Positions 1 through 8,215 of a stretch of DNA of 50,970 nucleotides are shown piece by piece. Source of the stretch: a virus (Duplodnaviria; Caudoviricetes); the IMG/VR virus record IMGVR_UViG_3300032212_000014, positions 1 to 50,970 of that record; one strand, 5' to 3'. The notes under the pieces were generated by a model that saw nothing but the letters and a program-made list of their open reading frames with translations, searched no databases and had not been told where the DNA came from. How positions within the stretch are numbered: the first letter of the stretch is position 1; each line of letters begins with the position of its first letter. The translations under genes and the position numbers were made by a program.

Positions 1-127
1 ATGATCTCGGCGTGCCGCACCCTTGCTGCAAACACAATGGTCCGTTTTCCTTCGCAATACTTCTTGAGACCCGCAACCTGCTCGATCAAGGCTTGCTGCG
101 CCTCCATGATCTCGCCGATCTGTTCCT
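1..127. repeat. 127-bp direct terminal repeat, left copy (circular contig overlap)
   Basis: Bases 1-127 are identical to 50844-50970; the helicase reading frame continues through the junction. Confidence 0.97.
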
Positions 128-794
128 CACTGAAATCCCCACCGCTTCGAGGCTTGACATCCGCGAGCTTGACCGAGTTGCACCGAACAATCTGGCCTCG
201 CACGGGCACCAGCCATCCGTCATTGATCCCGTCCATAATGTCATAGCGGAATGGGCAGGTTTGATAAAGCTGTTCGAGCGATCGACCGTCACCACGCTTG
301 GGTGTCGCGGTGTATCCTGCGGCTCGGCAGTTCGGATTTCCCTTGATGAAATACTCAACGATCTCGATGATGGTTGGTGTGATAGAAAGATGAGCCTCGT
401 CAACAAACACCCGATCAAAGTCTGTAGGCTTGAAGCTCATGTATCGCTTCCACTTCCCATCATCAGAACCCGACCGCAAGCTCTGAACCGTCGCGATGAC
501 AACAGGCATGCGATAGTCTGGATTGATGATCGCCTTTTGACCGGCTTGCTCGATGTCCGCTGTGACGCCAAGGATTGTCTCGATTTCTTCGCGGGTCTGG
601 TTCACCAACTCCGTCGAGTCCACCAAGATCAAGCAACGGACGCCCAGAGCAATCGCCCTGGCAATCATGGCGACGAACATGAAGGTTTTACCCGTCCCTG
701 TCGCCGATACAACCAGCGCGGTTTGATAGTCAACCCACGCCTGATCGAGCGCATCGTTTGCTTTCTCTTGATAGTCACGGCATACGAGTTTCAA
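1..794 (-). CDS. SF2 DEAH-box helicase, N-terminal part (continues across the junction to 49961; about 558 aa in total)
   Basis: Manual translation from TTG at 794 (overlapping the upstream TGA): MKLVCRDYQ (Q motif), SATGTGKT (Walker A), VFVDEAH (Walker B). 794+883 nt = 559 codons, in frame with 49961..50950. Confidence 0.92.
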   Translation of the reverse strand, partial: MKLVCRDYQEKANDALDQAWVDYQTALVVSATGTGKTFMFVAMIARAIALGVRCLILVDSTELVNQTREEIETILGVTADIEQAGQKAIINPDYRMPVVIATVQSLRSGSDDGKWKRYMSFKPTDFDRVFVDEAHLSITPTIIEIVEYFIKGNPNCRAAGYTATPKRGDGRSLEQLYQTCPFRYDIMDGINDGWLVPVRGQIVRCNSVKLADVKPRSGGDFSEEQIGEIMEAQQALIEQVAGLKKYCEGKRTIVFAARVRHAEI

Positions 795-1738
795 TCTGTC
801 CCCCTCGCGTGCTTGGCATCTTGATCAAGCTGGCTGGCCTGATACTTGCATACCCATCCCTTGCCGTTGCACTTAGAGCAACCCGCCGATTCACACGCAT
901 CGCATGAGCGAGCGGGTGCCGACAGCGTGAACACACGGCGAAGAAACTCGATATTGCGGTCGATGTCTTTTACATGCTCTGCGAGATAGTGCCCACACTC
1001 CAAGGTGGCGATGTGCTTCTTGCATGAGTTGAGGTCATTGATGCAGCGGGTGGCTTCCTTAAAAGCCTGCTGACCGTCATGCACATTGGTTTCAACGATA
1101 ACCATTTTCTTGTCAGCATCGGCCTTCGCTTCTTGCTCCTGATCATCTTGAACAATCTCGGGCTCGTTTTCGTTGGCGTTTGCCCAATCGCTGTTGTCCT
1201 TCCGATCTTCGGTGTATGCCGTTTCTTCCTTGGCATTGATATCGAAGCTGTCCGCTGATCTGCTCTGTCCGGCGGGGTCGATCTTGTTGAGTATTCTTCG
1301 CACGGTTTCATGGCTCACGCCGGCGAGCGTTGCCATTGCCCTGAGTGATGGAAGAGGAACACCCGCCCGCTCATGGGATTCAACAAGATTGCGAACACCG
1401 TTCTCTCGATCCTTGGTGCTCATTTGCAAGCCATGGATTGAGTTGGCGACAAGTGCATGATGCACACATTCAAGCATTGTTCCCTGGTGGATCGTGGCAA
1501 GGATCTGCTTATTGCCCGCATCCTTGGCCGCGGTGTAGCGGTGGTATCCGTCGGAGATCCGCAACATCCCATTGCCGCCCACGATATCCCAAACATCGAT
1601 CGCGGGCATGTCGATATCCTCGTTCTCGTAGTTGGCTTTGTAGGTGCCCAGCGTCGGCTGGTTGAGTGTTGACCGGGGCTGAATCCCGGTCGGGTCTGGG
1701 TCGATTCTTCTGAGACCGATGTATTGTGCCTGGATCAT
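791..1738 (-). CDS. ParB/Srx N-terminal domain protein with HTH and C-terminal Cys cluster
   Basis: ISDGYHRYTAA ParB-like motif; ANSIHGLQMS; SLRAMATLAGVSHETVRRI HTH; CDACESAGCSKCNGKG at the C-terminus. Start at 1738 by ATGA overlap. Confidence 0.8.
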   Translation of the reverse strand: MIQAQYIGLRRIDPDPTGIQPRSTLNQPTLGTYKANYENEDIDMPAIDVWDIVGGNGMLRISDGYHRYTAAKDAGNKQILATIHQGTMLECVHHALVANSIHGLQMSTKDRENGVRNLVESHERAGVPLPSLRAMATLAGVSHETVRRILNKIDPAGQSRSADSFDINAKEETAYTEDRKDNSDWANANENEPEIVQDDQEQEAKADADKKMVIVETNVHDGQQAFKEATRCINDLNSCKKHIATLECGHYLAEHVKDIDRNIEFLRRVFTLSAPARSCDACESAGCSKCNGKGWVCKYQASQLDQDAKHARGTD

Positions 1739-1950
1739 TTGTTGATACCTTTTCTGACCGGGGCGAGAACCTTGTCGGCTTCGTCGCTGAGGATTTGTGT
1801 TTTCACTTTGACCGCTGCGGCGCATAGGACTTTTAATGCACGGGTCAGTTCAGGGCTGTTATTCGGGTTCTTGGAGTCGTGATCCGCATCACGGCTCACG
1901 CCTTCGAGTCGCCTTGGGGAGTGCTTTCGGTTTCGATTATCCCTGCTCAT
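1735..1950 (-). CDS. hypothetical protein
   Basis: 71-aa ORF overlapping both neighbours in the leftward operon. Confidence 0.55.
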   Translation of the reverse strand: MSRDNRNRKHSPRRLEGVSRDADHDSKNPNNSPELTRALKVLCAAAVKVKTQILSDEADKVLAPVRKGINK

Positions 1951-2794
1951 GTGCTACCTCTTCCTTCCCATCCTTGGGCTTCTTGGCGGTTTTGGTTTTG
2001 GGTTCTTCTTCCTTCACCGCGTTCTTGCTAATGAACTCGTTGATCATGGGTGCGAAAACTTCCGGCCATTCGGCGGCTTCCTTCTCTGCCAAATCTGCGT
2101 AGTCGCTTTCTACAAGGTGATCGCGGATCTGATTCATCGTGATGCCGTTTGCCTTGGCATGGTTCTCAAGACCAATGGCACGATCGTCGCCGAACGGTTT
2201 ATGCTGCGGCTCTACATTGAGCTTGGCACGCACACGGTTTGCCCCTGCTCCGCTGCTTCCGCGAGCCTTGGGAGGCTGCCTGTCGCCTTGCTGGTAGCCT
2301 TGTGCCATGTTCCCATCGTCATCGTCGCCGGTCGTGATGCCAAGCGCAGCAAGGATGCTGTATCGCCGTGCATAAGTAACCGCCGATGCAAACTCCTGGG
2401 GGCCGACCTCATTGGTTTTGCGGTGCGGTGTCACGGGGAGCACAACCGGGGGGAATGTTAAAAACTGCCCGCTGCTGTGATTCAATGTGGTCTGAACTTC
2501 AACACGATCATTATGTGTGATTATCGATTGGCTTGGCATGAGCCCGTGCTTTGCCATTGCAGGGCGGATCTCTCGCACAACTGCATCAAGTGTTGCGTAC
2601 TTGTTGCCCGAGTGATTGTTCTTCGCATCCATTCCAACGGTATCAAACTCGCCCCACGCCTTCACCATCGCCATGCGTACTTCGTTGGTTGGTGGTTCTG
2701 GAATCTGTACAGGCGGCACAACAACTTGTGCGATTGCTTGCTGGTCGATCATTTCGTCTGGTGTGTTTTGCTGGGACATAGTTCGTGTGCTCAC
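1937..2794 (-). CDS. erf: ERF-family single-strand annealing protein
   Basis: KYATLDAV, LNHSSGQF and SAVTYARRYSILAALGITTGDDDDG signatures; next to the exonuclease. Confidence 0.92.
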   Translation of the reverse strand: MSTRTMSQQNTPDEMIDQQAIAQVVVPPVQIPEPPTNEVRMAMVKAWGEFDTVGMDAKNNHSGNKYATLDAVVREIRPAMAKHGLMPSQSIITHNDRVEVQTTLNHSSGQFLTFPPVVLPVTPHRKTNEVGPQEFASAVTYARRYSILAALGITTGDDDDGNMAQGYQQGDRQPPKARGSSGAGANRVRAKLNVEPQHKPFGDDRAIGLENHAKANGITMNQIRDHLVESDYADLAEKEAAEWPEVFAPMINEFISKNAVKEEEPKTKTAKKPKDGKEEVAHEQG

Positions 2795-3696
2795 TTTGGT
2801 TTGATGGTGGTCATGGTGTATGGATTGCCGTATGAATGAACGGCCTTGTATGCTTCTGGGTAATGCTTTTCGAGCATCTTCTTATCGATTGAAGATCGCC
2901 CCTTGCAGGTGGTGGCACGGCAGGCAAACCCCTCAACCTTGCCAACCGCGCAGTCGCCCAACTGCTGCTGGATCTTCACTTTGGCAAGTTTCTTGGCACT
3001 CTCGGCAGCGGTCATGGCTATGTGAGCGTCGTAATACTCCTTGCAGAGCTTTGGATCGACAAGGGCTTCTTTGCCCCCGTCACGCTGTCGCGATCCGTAA
3101 TAATCAAGCGTTCCATCAGTGGCTTTATCGATCGGGGGCGGGAAATCTGCGATCACATTGTCTTGCCAAAACTTGTTGGCTGAATACTCGATCATGTCCG
3201 CGATGTCACGCTGGTATTCAATCTCATAGATATCGAGCTTGAAGAAAGCGCCGAGCTTCACGGCATAGGTGAAGTCAGATTCGGCGGTCATCATCTGCAA
3301 CATCACTTGAAGGAATACATGCTCTGGGATCTCGTCGGTGCCAGGCTCACCCCACCCCTCATCGACAAGGCTGCTCTTGGCTTCAACGATCTTCTCGCCC
3401 TTGCCGTACCGATTGATCTGCCCGTCAACATTCCCGCGAAGAATCCCCTTGACAAACGCCCCTTTCGGTGCAGCAATCTTCTCGTCAAGCTCCATCGATG
3501 CGAGTTGGAGGATGGCGGGTTCGAGAACATCGCCACGCCGGGTGTGGTCATTACCCTCAAAGGCAACCGCGCGGCCTGTCTTGTCGAGCCAAACATCATG
3601 AGCCGATCGGAATGGGTTGCATCCCATGATGGCACCGATATCCGAAGATCCGATCCCTTTCATGCGTGCGATGCGTTGTTTATCTGTAATAGCCAT
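2791..3696 (-). CDS. YqaJ-like viral recombinase exonuclease
   Basis: RMKGIGSSDIGAIMGCNPF, GNVDG, VEAKS and QVMLQM motifs. Confidence 0.92.
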   Translation of the reverse strand: MAITDKQRIARMKGIGSSDIGAIMGCNPFRSAHDVWLDKTGRAVAFEGNDHTRRGDVLEPAILQLASMELDEKIAAPKGAFVKGILRGNVDGQINRYGKGEKIVEAKSSLVDEGWGEPGTDEIPEHVFLQVMLQMMTAESDFTYAVKLGAFFKLDIYEIEYQRDIADMIEYSANKFWQDNVIADFPPPIDKATDGTLDYYGSRQRDGGKEALVDPKLCKEYYDAHIAMTAAESAKKLAKVKIQQQLGDCAVGKVEGFACRATTCKGRSSIDKKMLEKHYPEAYKAVHSYGNPYTMTTIKPK

Positions 3697-4252
3697 TGCG
3701 ATTCCTTTGGTTAAACCCGTGTGATTTTGCCGCGACCGGATTGGTCATAATCAAGATCCCATCCTCACCCAATGACGGGGTTCTTGTGATCTTGATGCGG
3801 AGGTCGGTCTTGTGATTACAACTGTCCTCGAAATCGAAATGAGCGCGAAGTGCTTTGACGATCGATCGACTGGTGTATTCATCGCTGTCGTTTATCCTGG
3901 TGATGAAATCAACATCGCCGCCAAGGGCTTCGCTCTCATACACTTCGTCGAACGAGATCCCCGCGAGCAAGCACACCGAATAGGGCGGCAGTTCTCGCTG
4001 AAACTCTTGCTTGGTGACATGAACGAGCTTGAGGTTGTGGCACACTTGGCAAAGTAAACCAAGCACGCTTCGTATCCCATTCGCTTCGAGCATACCTGTT
4101 GCGCGAGGGAACGGCAGGCAGCTTTCCATCAGGCCCAGCCACACATTTCGCACATGGGCAATCGATGTCGGATGGATGAAGTCTGGACCGAACGAAGCGG
4201 TACAGGGAACTACACAATCATCCCCGATCATTATTGTGGGTCGCTCGCTCAT
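3680..4252 (-). CDS. hypothetical protein
   Basis: 190-aa ORF coupled to neighbours. Confidence 0.6.
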   Translation of the reverse strand: MSERPTIMIGDDCVVPCTASFGPDFIHPTSIAHVRNVWLGLMESCLPFPRATGMLEANGIRSVLGLLCQVCHNLKLVHVTKQEFQRELPPYSVCLLAGISFDEVYESEALGGDVDFITRINDSDEYTSRSIVKALRAHFDFEDSCNHKTDLRIKITRTPSLGEDGILIMTNPVAAKSHGFNQRNRNGYYR

Positions 4253-4578
4253 GCTGTTTCGTCCAATCGATCAACCTGCTGTGAGGCAAACTGCGTACGG
4301 CAAAGATCGGGATCGATATAGCACCGATTCCCAGGAATGCCATCGCCGATGGAGTTGAGCTTGCTGAACCCGAGCTCAAAGAACACGCGATCAGGTGTTG
4401 TCCCCACCACCCGAGAGCACACGATTGAATGAGTGCGTGTGTGTGACTCCATGCGAACAATGAACGAGACATACATGCCTGCACCGATGCGTCGACCCTC
4501 AGCGCTCAGCGGGAGCGCGTCAAGCAAAGCGCGAACATCGGCTTGGTCGTATTCGCTGTATGGGATTGGTTCAGCCAT
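4249..4578 (-). CDS. hypothetical protein
   Basis: 109-aa ORF with GGAG RBS and ATGA overlap. Confidence 0.6.
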   Translation of the reverse strand: MAEPIPYSEYDQADVRALLDALPLSAEGRRIGAGMYVSFIVRMESHTRTHSIVCSRVVGTTPDRVFFELGFSKLNSIGDGIPGNRCYIDPDLCRTQFASQQVDRLDETA

Positions 4579-4780
4579 GCTTGCTGCTCCTTCTGATACT
4601 CTTTGATTTCACGATGATGAGATACAATCCCGAAAACATGCAGGTGAACGGTGAGAACACGATCAGAACCCACTCGATAAGCGTGGGCATCTTGGAGCCG
4701 CCGCTTGTCAGGTGTGCCCACATCAGAGCGCCACAGTTGAACCAGAGCCAGATTGTGATAATGAATAGGAGGGTGTTCAA
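4571..4780 (-). CDS. small membrane protein with two hydrophobic segments
   Basis: LLFIITIWLWFNCGALMW and WVLIVFSPFTCMFSGLYLIIV followed by a basic tail. Confidence 0.6.
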   Translation of the reverse strand: MNTLLFIITIWLWFNCGALMWAHLTSGGSKMPTLIEWVLIVFSPFTCMFSGLYLIIVKSKSIRRSSKHG

Positions 4781-5508
4781 AACGGCACGCTCCCATTGTC
4801 AAGACGCTTGTTGGCAATGGCCACAAAGTCGGGGTTCAAGTCGCCGCCTGTGTAACGGCGATTGAGCCGTTGTGCCACCACCGCCAGCGAGCCAACACCG
4901 CAACAACTCTCGGCGACCGTATCGCCTGGATTGGTGTAGGCATGGATCAATCGCTCAAGGGGTTCGGGTGGGAGCTGGCACGGATGCCCCTCCACACGAT
5001 GCTTGCTCGTCCCTTGCAGGCGTCGAACGGTCCAAACGGTGTCAGGCACCCGCGGCCCCTTCGCTCGCTTGTCGCCGGCGAGCATCCGTTGGCTGGGCAC
5101 TCGGATATGCTCGGTGTTCCAAGTGTGCTTTGGACCCTCGATCTTGTGAATGATCAAGTGACGGTGAGCCTTGGTCCAGTTGTGTTGGTTGTATTGCGAG
5201 AAGCGTTCATGCCAGATGATGCGGGCGAGCGGATCGCCGTACTGCTCGATCATCCAATCAGCAACAACATGAGCGTGGGCATCGCTGATCAAGACCGCGA
5301 TCACCCCGCCTGGACGCAAGCAATCACCGAGACCATCAATCCAGCTACGAAGCATCTCATGGTATCGGTATGTTTTTCTATCGTCACTGATACCATGGCC
5401 GTAGTCAACGCCTTGGTTATATGGCGGATCGATGAAACCGAAGTCTGCATCGGTCACATGATCAGAGAGGGAGCAAGCCTCGGATTGAACAGCACGATGA
5501 TGATTCAC
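4777..5508 (-). CDS. DNA N6-adenine/N4-cytosine methyltransferase (beta class)
   Basis: IDPPYN precedes HPCQLP and TNPGDTVAESCCGVGS (degenerate motif I). Confidence 0.9.
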   Translation of the reverse strand: MNHHRAVQSEACSLSDHVTDADFGFIDPPYNQGVDYGHGISDDRKTYRYHEMLRSWIDGLGDCLRPGGVIAVLISDAHAHVVADWMIEQYGDPLARIIWHERFSQYNQHNWTKAHRHLIIHKIEGPKHTWNTEHIRVPSQRMLAGDKRAKGPRVPDTVWTVRRLQGTSKHRVEGHPCQLPPEPLERLIHAYTNPGDTVAESCCGVGSLAVVAQRLNRRYTGGDLNPDFVAIANKRLDNGSVPF

Positions 5509-6008
5509 GATGCTCCGCCTTTACACGCGTCAAGATCCACACTGTAAATCCGCTGCTGGCCTCGAACTTGAACCGGCTCATCAAGCACCTTGACATGAGT
5601 GAGCATCCAGACCCAGCGGCCTACGGAGTAATCGCCCCACTTGTCAGTCAAGACCATGCACTCTCTACCAAACCCCTCGCCAAATGCGTACTTCTTCCTG
5701 CTGACCCGATTGATCTTAAATGCGCCCTGGATCACCGCAGTACAGAGCACCACGCCACGGGGCAATGGTCTCAGCGCCAACGGAATACTCAAGCTAGATT
5801 TGATGGGATACATACCGGCCTTGATCAATGAACCAACGATCTCGCCGGTCTCAAAAGGTGGTCGCTCATGCGGGATACGCTTGGCGGCATGGATCGCGAT
5901 TCGCTCGCCGATCATGCTCTTGGGCGGTGCCCATGATCTTGTTTCGCAACGCTTCGTACCACAGGCAATCAGCGAGGCGTATGGCTGGTGGAGTGTTATG
6001 CACTTCAT
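5505..6008 (-). CDS. ASCH domain protein
   Basis: ITLHQPYASLIACGTKRCETRSW and IAIHAAK signatures. Confidence 0.9.
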   Translation of the reverse strand: MKCITLHQPYASLIACGTKRCETRSWAPPKSMIGERIAIHAAKRIPHERPPFETGEIVGSLIKAGMYPIKSSLSIPLALRPLPRGVVLCTAVIQGAFKINRVSRKKYAFGEGFGRECMVLTDKWGDYSVGRWVWMLTHVKVLDEPVQVRGQQRIYSVDLDACKGGAS

Positions 6009-6304
6009 TGGACACCGCCTTTGCGGAGTGTCACAATGTAGTCATCGCCTCGGATGTATTGGATCTTGATCTTGATGCCAAGGCCGCGAGCGATACTGCC
6101 CACCGAGGTTCGCATGTTAAATGCGTACTCGCTCGAAGATCCGCCATCGATCTTGAGATAGTCACACTCGCCGTCAGCAAGTGCGCATAGATGATTCTTC
6201 CAGAACCCGTGCGGATTGCGTCGGCGAAGTGGCGGGCGCATGTCGGGGAGATCCCCGGTGCATCGTTCAACTTTGGTCTCGATCGGCTGAGTGTCCGTGC
6301 TCAT
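6005..6304 (-). CDS. hypothetical protein (possibly small DNA-binding protein)
   Basis: Start MSTDTQ after GGAGATCACG RBS; coupled to the ASCH gene. Confidence 0.6.
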   Translation of the reverse strand: MSTDTQPIETKVERCTGDLPDMRPPLRRRNPHGFWKNHLCALADGECDYLKIDGGSSSEYAFNMRTSVGSIARGLGIKIKIQYIRGDDYIVTLRKGGVQ

Positions 6305-7625
6305 CGTGATCTCCGAGCACGGTTTCGAGCAAGGCGACAAGGCGGCCTTGCTGAAAGAGTGCTTCTTTCAGGAGATCGATTGAATCAGACGATTTAGGTT
6401 TCGGTTTCGGGTCCGAGCTTCCCCCCCGGAGGGGGGCCTCTTTTGCTCTGAACCCTAATAATGACCCCAGCGGGATTTGAACCCGCGTTGTCTGATTGTT
6501 CGATCTCGGCGGCGCTGAACCCCCAAGGCCGATAGTTAGCGGGGTTGCAAACGCCGGGAATCTAAATGCTCCATCGGCACCATCATCATCTCCGCCTTCA
6601 TGTTGCTTGTCAAGTTGGGTACGCACTTGCTTGCGTGTTTTCGGCCCCAGATTGGCGAGGTCGCGAGTGCTGTTAACATCGCAACTCAAGTAGTGATCGA
6701 ACATTACCTTCGGGTCTGCGTGCCGTGAAAAAAAGTGTAATCTTTTTGCTTGATCCACAGTTGCGACATCATACCGAGTCTGGATTGCACACTTTCGGAA
6801 CCGATGCCAACAGCCTCGCACCACTTCACTGGTCTCGATCCCGCACGCTGCCATATCGAGCTTGAGCGTGTTGTGATCCGGCCACTTCTCAAAGAGCATA
6901 CAACCGGTTGAAAACTTCTTCCACTCGATAAGGATTTCAACAATCTCGTCACTCAGCGCCACACGATCACCACGGCGAGCCTTGTCGTCCGTCACGACCA
7001 TACAACGCTTTTCGAGGTCGATGTCCGACCACTCTTGCCGTCGCGATTCAGTCCGCCTCATGCCCGTGTGATACAAGAACTGATACACCGTCGAACGCAG
7101 GGGACCATTCGCCCTGGCCTGCCATCGTGTTTTCTCACAATGCTTGGCGTACTCAACCAGCTTCTCATATTGTTCGTAGGTGAAAGGGGCAAGCGGCTTG
7201 CCTCTGGGCGCTCGCGGTGTCTTGATGCCCACAAATGGGTTCACTGGCAACAACTGGCTCTTGACCAAGAACTTCGCGAAGTCACGAATCGAGCTCAGTT
7301 TGTTCTTCGCCGTCTTGACCTGCCCATTGCTACACATTTCACCAAGCCAATCCATCAGCGGTAACACCTGCATGTCCTGTGGACACGCGATATTGCACAC
7401 GGCAATGTATTCGCGGACATGACGCTCCTTTGATTTCACAGTGCTCGGCCTCTGTTGAAGCCAGTTGATGCGATTGGACGCCCAGGATTCTATCAGTACT
7501 TCCATGCCGGACCCTTTGCAATCGTCCGCCCCAATAAGTTGTATCGATCCATTCCGACTAGGATCGTGATACGGTGATGTTATCCGGGTTTTTAACCCAC
7601 TGTCAACAAAAACTTTACGATACAT
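6267..7625 (-). CDS. int: tyrosine integrase (start may be 7505)
   Basis: HTGMRRTE (R), WHRFRK (HxxR) and SRHAD...HY catalytic residues; GCAAAGG RBS before the Met at 7505. Confidence 0.92.
   Translation of the reverse strand: MYRKVFVDSGLKTRITSPYHDPSRNGSIQLIGADDCKGSGMEVLIESWASNRINWLQQRPSTVKSKERHVREYIAVCNIACPQDMQVLPLMDWLGEMCSNGQVKTAKNKLSSIRDFAKFLVKSQLLPVNPFVGIKTPRAPRGKPLAPFTYEQYEKLVEYAKHCEKTRWQARANGPLRSTVYQFLYHTGMRRTESRRQEWSDIDLEKRCMVVTDDKARRGDRVALSDEIVEILIEWKKFSTGCMLFEKWPDHNTLKLDMAACGIETSEVVRGCWHRFRKCAIQTRYDVATVDQAKRLHFFSRHADPKVMFDHYLSCDVNSTRDLANLGPKTRKQVRTQLDKQHEGGDDDGADGAFRFPAFATPLTIGLGGSAPPRSNNQTTRVQIPLGSLLGFRAKEAPLRGGSSDPKPKPKSSDSIDLLKEALFQQGRLVALLETVLGDHDEHGHSADRDQS
6409..6455 (-). other. 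GC-rich interrupted hairpin immediately downstream of the attP core
   Basis: GGGTTC-AGAGC...CCCCCC TCC GGGGGG...GCTC-GGACCC on the minus strand; no U-tract. Confidence 0.5.
6462..6497 (-). other. putative attP core: 3' fragment of a host tRNA (Glu/Asp-like)
   Basis: Minus strand AATCAGA-CAAC-GCGGG TTCAAAT CCCGC-TGGGGTC-A gives a T-arm plus acceptor 3' strand with no matching 5' half; it lies within int. Confidence 0.75.
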
Positions 7626-7871
7626 AAACTCCCCTAAATACGATCAGGCATTAAAGGGGGGAACTTATACGATTTTATACTTTTGGGATATTCACAAAAC
7701 AGCCATAATCCTAAATAGCAGGAATTAAGGCCGGAATGTTAATCTGGGGTACTCTGATGAGAAGCGTTATAGGGCTTAAACCTGATCCGCCTGTCGATTC
7801 CGTCGCGTATAACCGCGATAGGCCAGGTAGAAAACAGGCCCATATTCTGAATACGGAACAACCCACACGAA

Positions 7872-7945
7872 CCCATAGCGATAACAGGCGAGAGAATACA
7901 CCCGTTTCAATCGCCTTGGGCGCTGATTCCTGTTTCGCTTATGGG
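7872..7945 (-). ncRNA. predicted three-way-junction structured element downstream of the tRNA cluster
   Basis: CCCATA/TATGGG, GCGA/TCGC and AACAGG/CCTGTT helices enclose two small hairpins. Confidence 0.45.
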
Positions 7946-7960
7946 AAGTGTTCATCGTAA

Positions 7961-8034
7961 TAACGAGAGCGGGATTTGAACCCGCGACTACCGGCTTATG
8001 AGGCTAGCGTTCTACCAGACTGAACTATCTCGCA
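7961..8034 (-). tRNA. tRNA with CAT anticodon (Met/fMet/Ile2 unresolved), no encoded CCA
   Basis: TGCGAGA TA GTTC AGTCTGGTA GAAC G CTAGC CT-CAT-AA GCCGG TAGTC GCGGG TTCAAAT CCCGC TCTCGTT A. Confidence 0.88.
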
Positions 8035-8035
8035 A

Positions 8036-8107
8036 TGGGACGGGCAGGACTCGAACCTACGCATACGGGCACATCGTCCCGCACTCTGCCAACTGAGTTA
8101 CCGTCCC
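8036..8107 (-). tRNA. tRNA-like gene with non-canonical anticodon loop (isotype undetermined)
   Basis: Perfect acceptor GGGACGG/CCGTCCC, D-arm ACTC/GAGT and T-arm GTAGG TTCGAGT CCTGC; anticodon arm GCGGG-ACGATGTG-CCCGT. Confidence 0.75.
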
Positions 8108-8215
8108 AAACGACTCTGCGTCCTGCCAACTAGACGAATGGCCTGCCGCTCGCCGATCAAAGCGATTGGCACCTAGGAAAGCCATACAGGACTCGAACCT
8201 GTGTTTCAGAGTTAA
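8108..8215 (-). ncRNA. circularly permuted tRNA-like gene (3' half 8215-8178, 33-nt linker, 5' half 8144-8108)
   Basis: TTAA CTCTG AAAC ACAGG TTCGAGT CCTGT ATGGCTT T - linker - AGGCCAT TC GTCT AGTTGGC AGGAC G CAGAG TCGTTT; the halves pair in both the acceptor and anticodon stems. Confidence 0.8.

Noticed and set aside
12-824. Long + strand ORFs 12..824 and 49560..50534, and many similar antisense ORFs
   Set aside because: They are shadows of motif-bearing genes on the opposite strand in GC-rich DNA.
7612-7680. Three TACGAT hexamers upstream of int as arm-type sites or iterons
   Set aside because: Too short and irregularly spaced to distinguish from chance.
6469-7986. 19-bp direct repeat AGCGGGATTTGAACCCGCG flanking most of int, read as attL/attR of a mini-element
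   Set aside because: Both copies are tRNA T-arms and the adjoining acceptor strands differ, so T-arm conservation explains the match.
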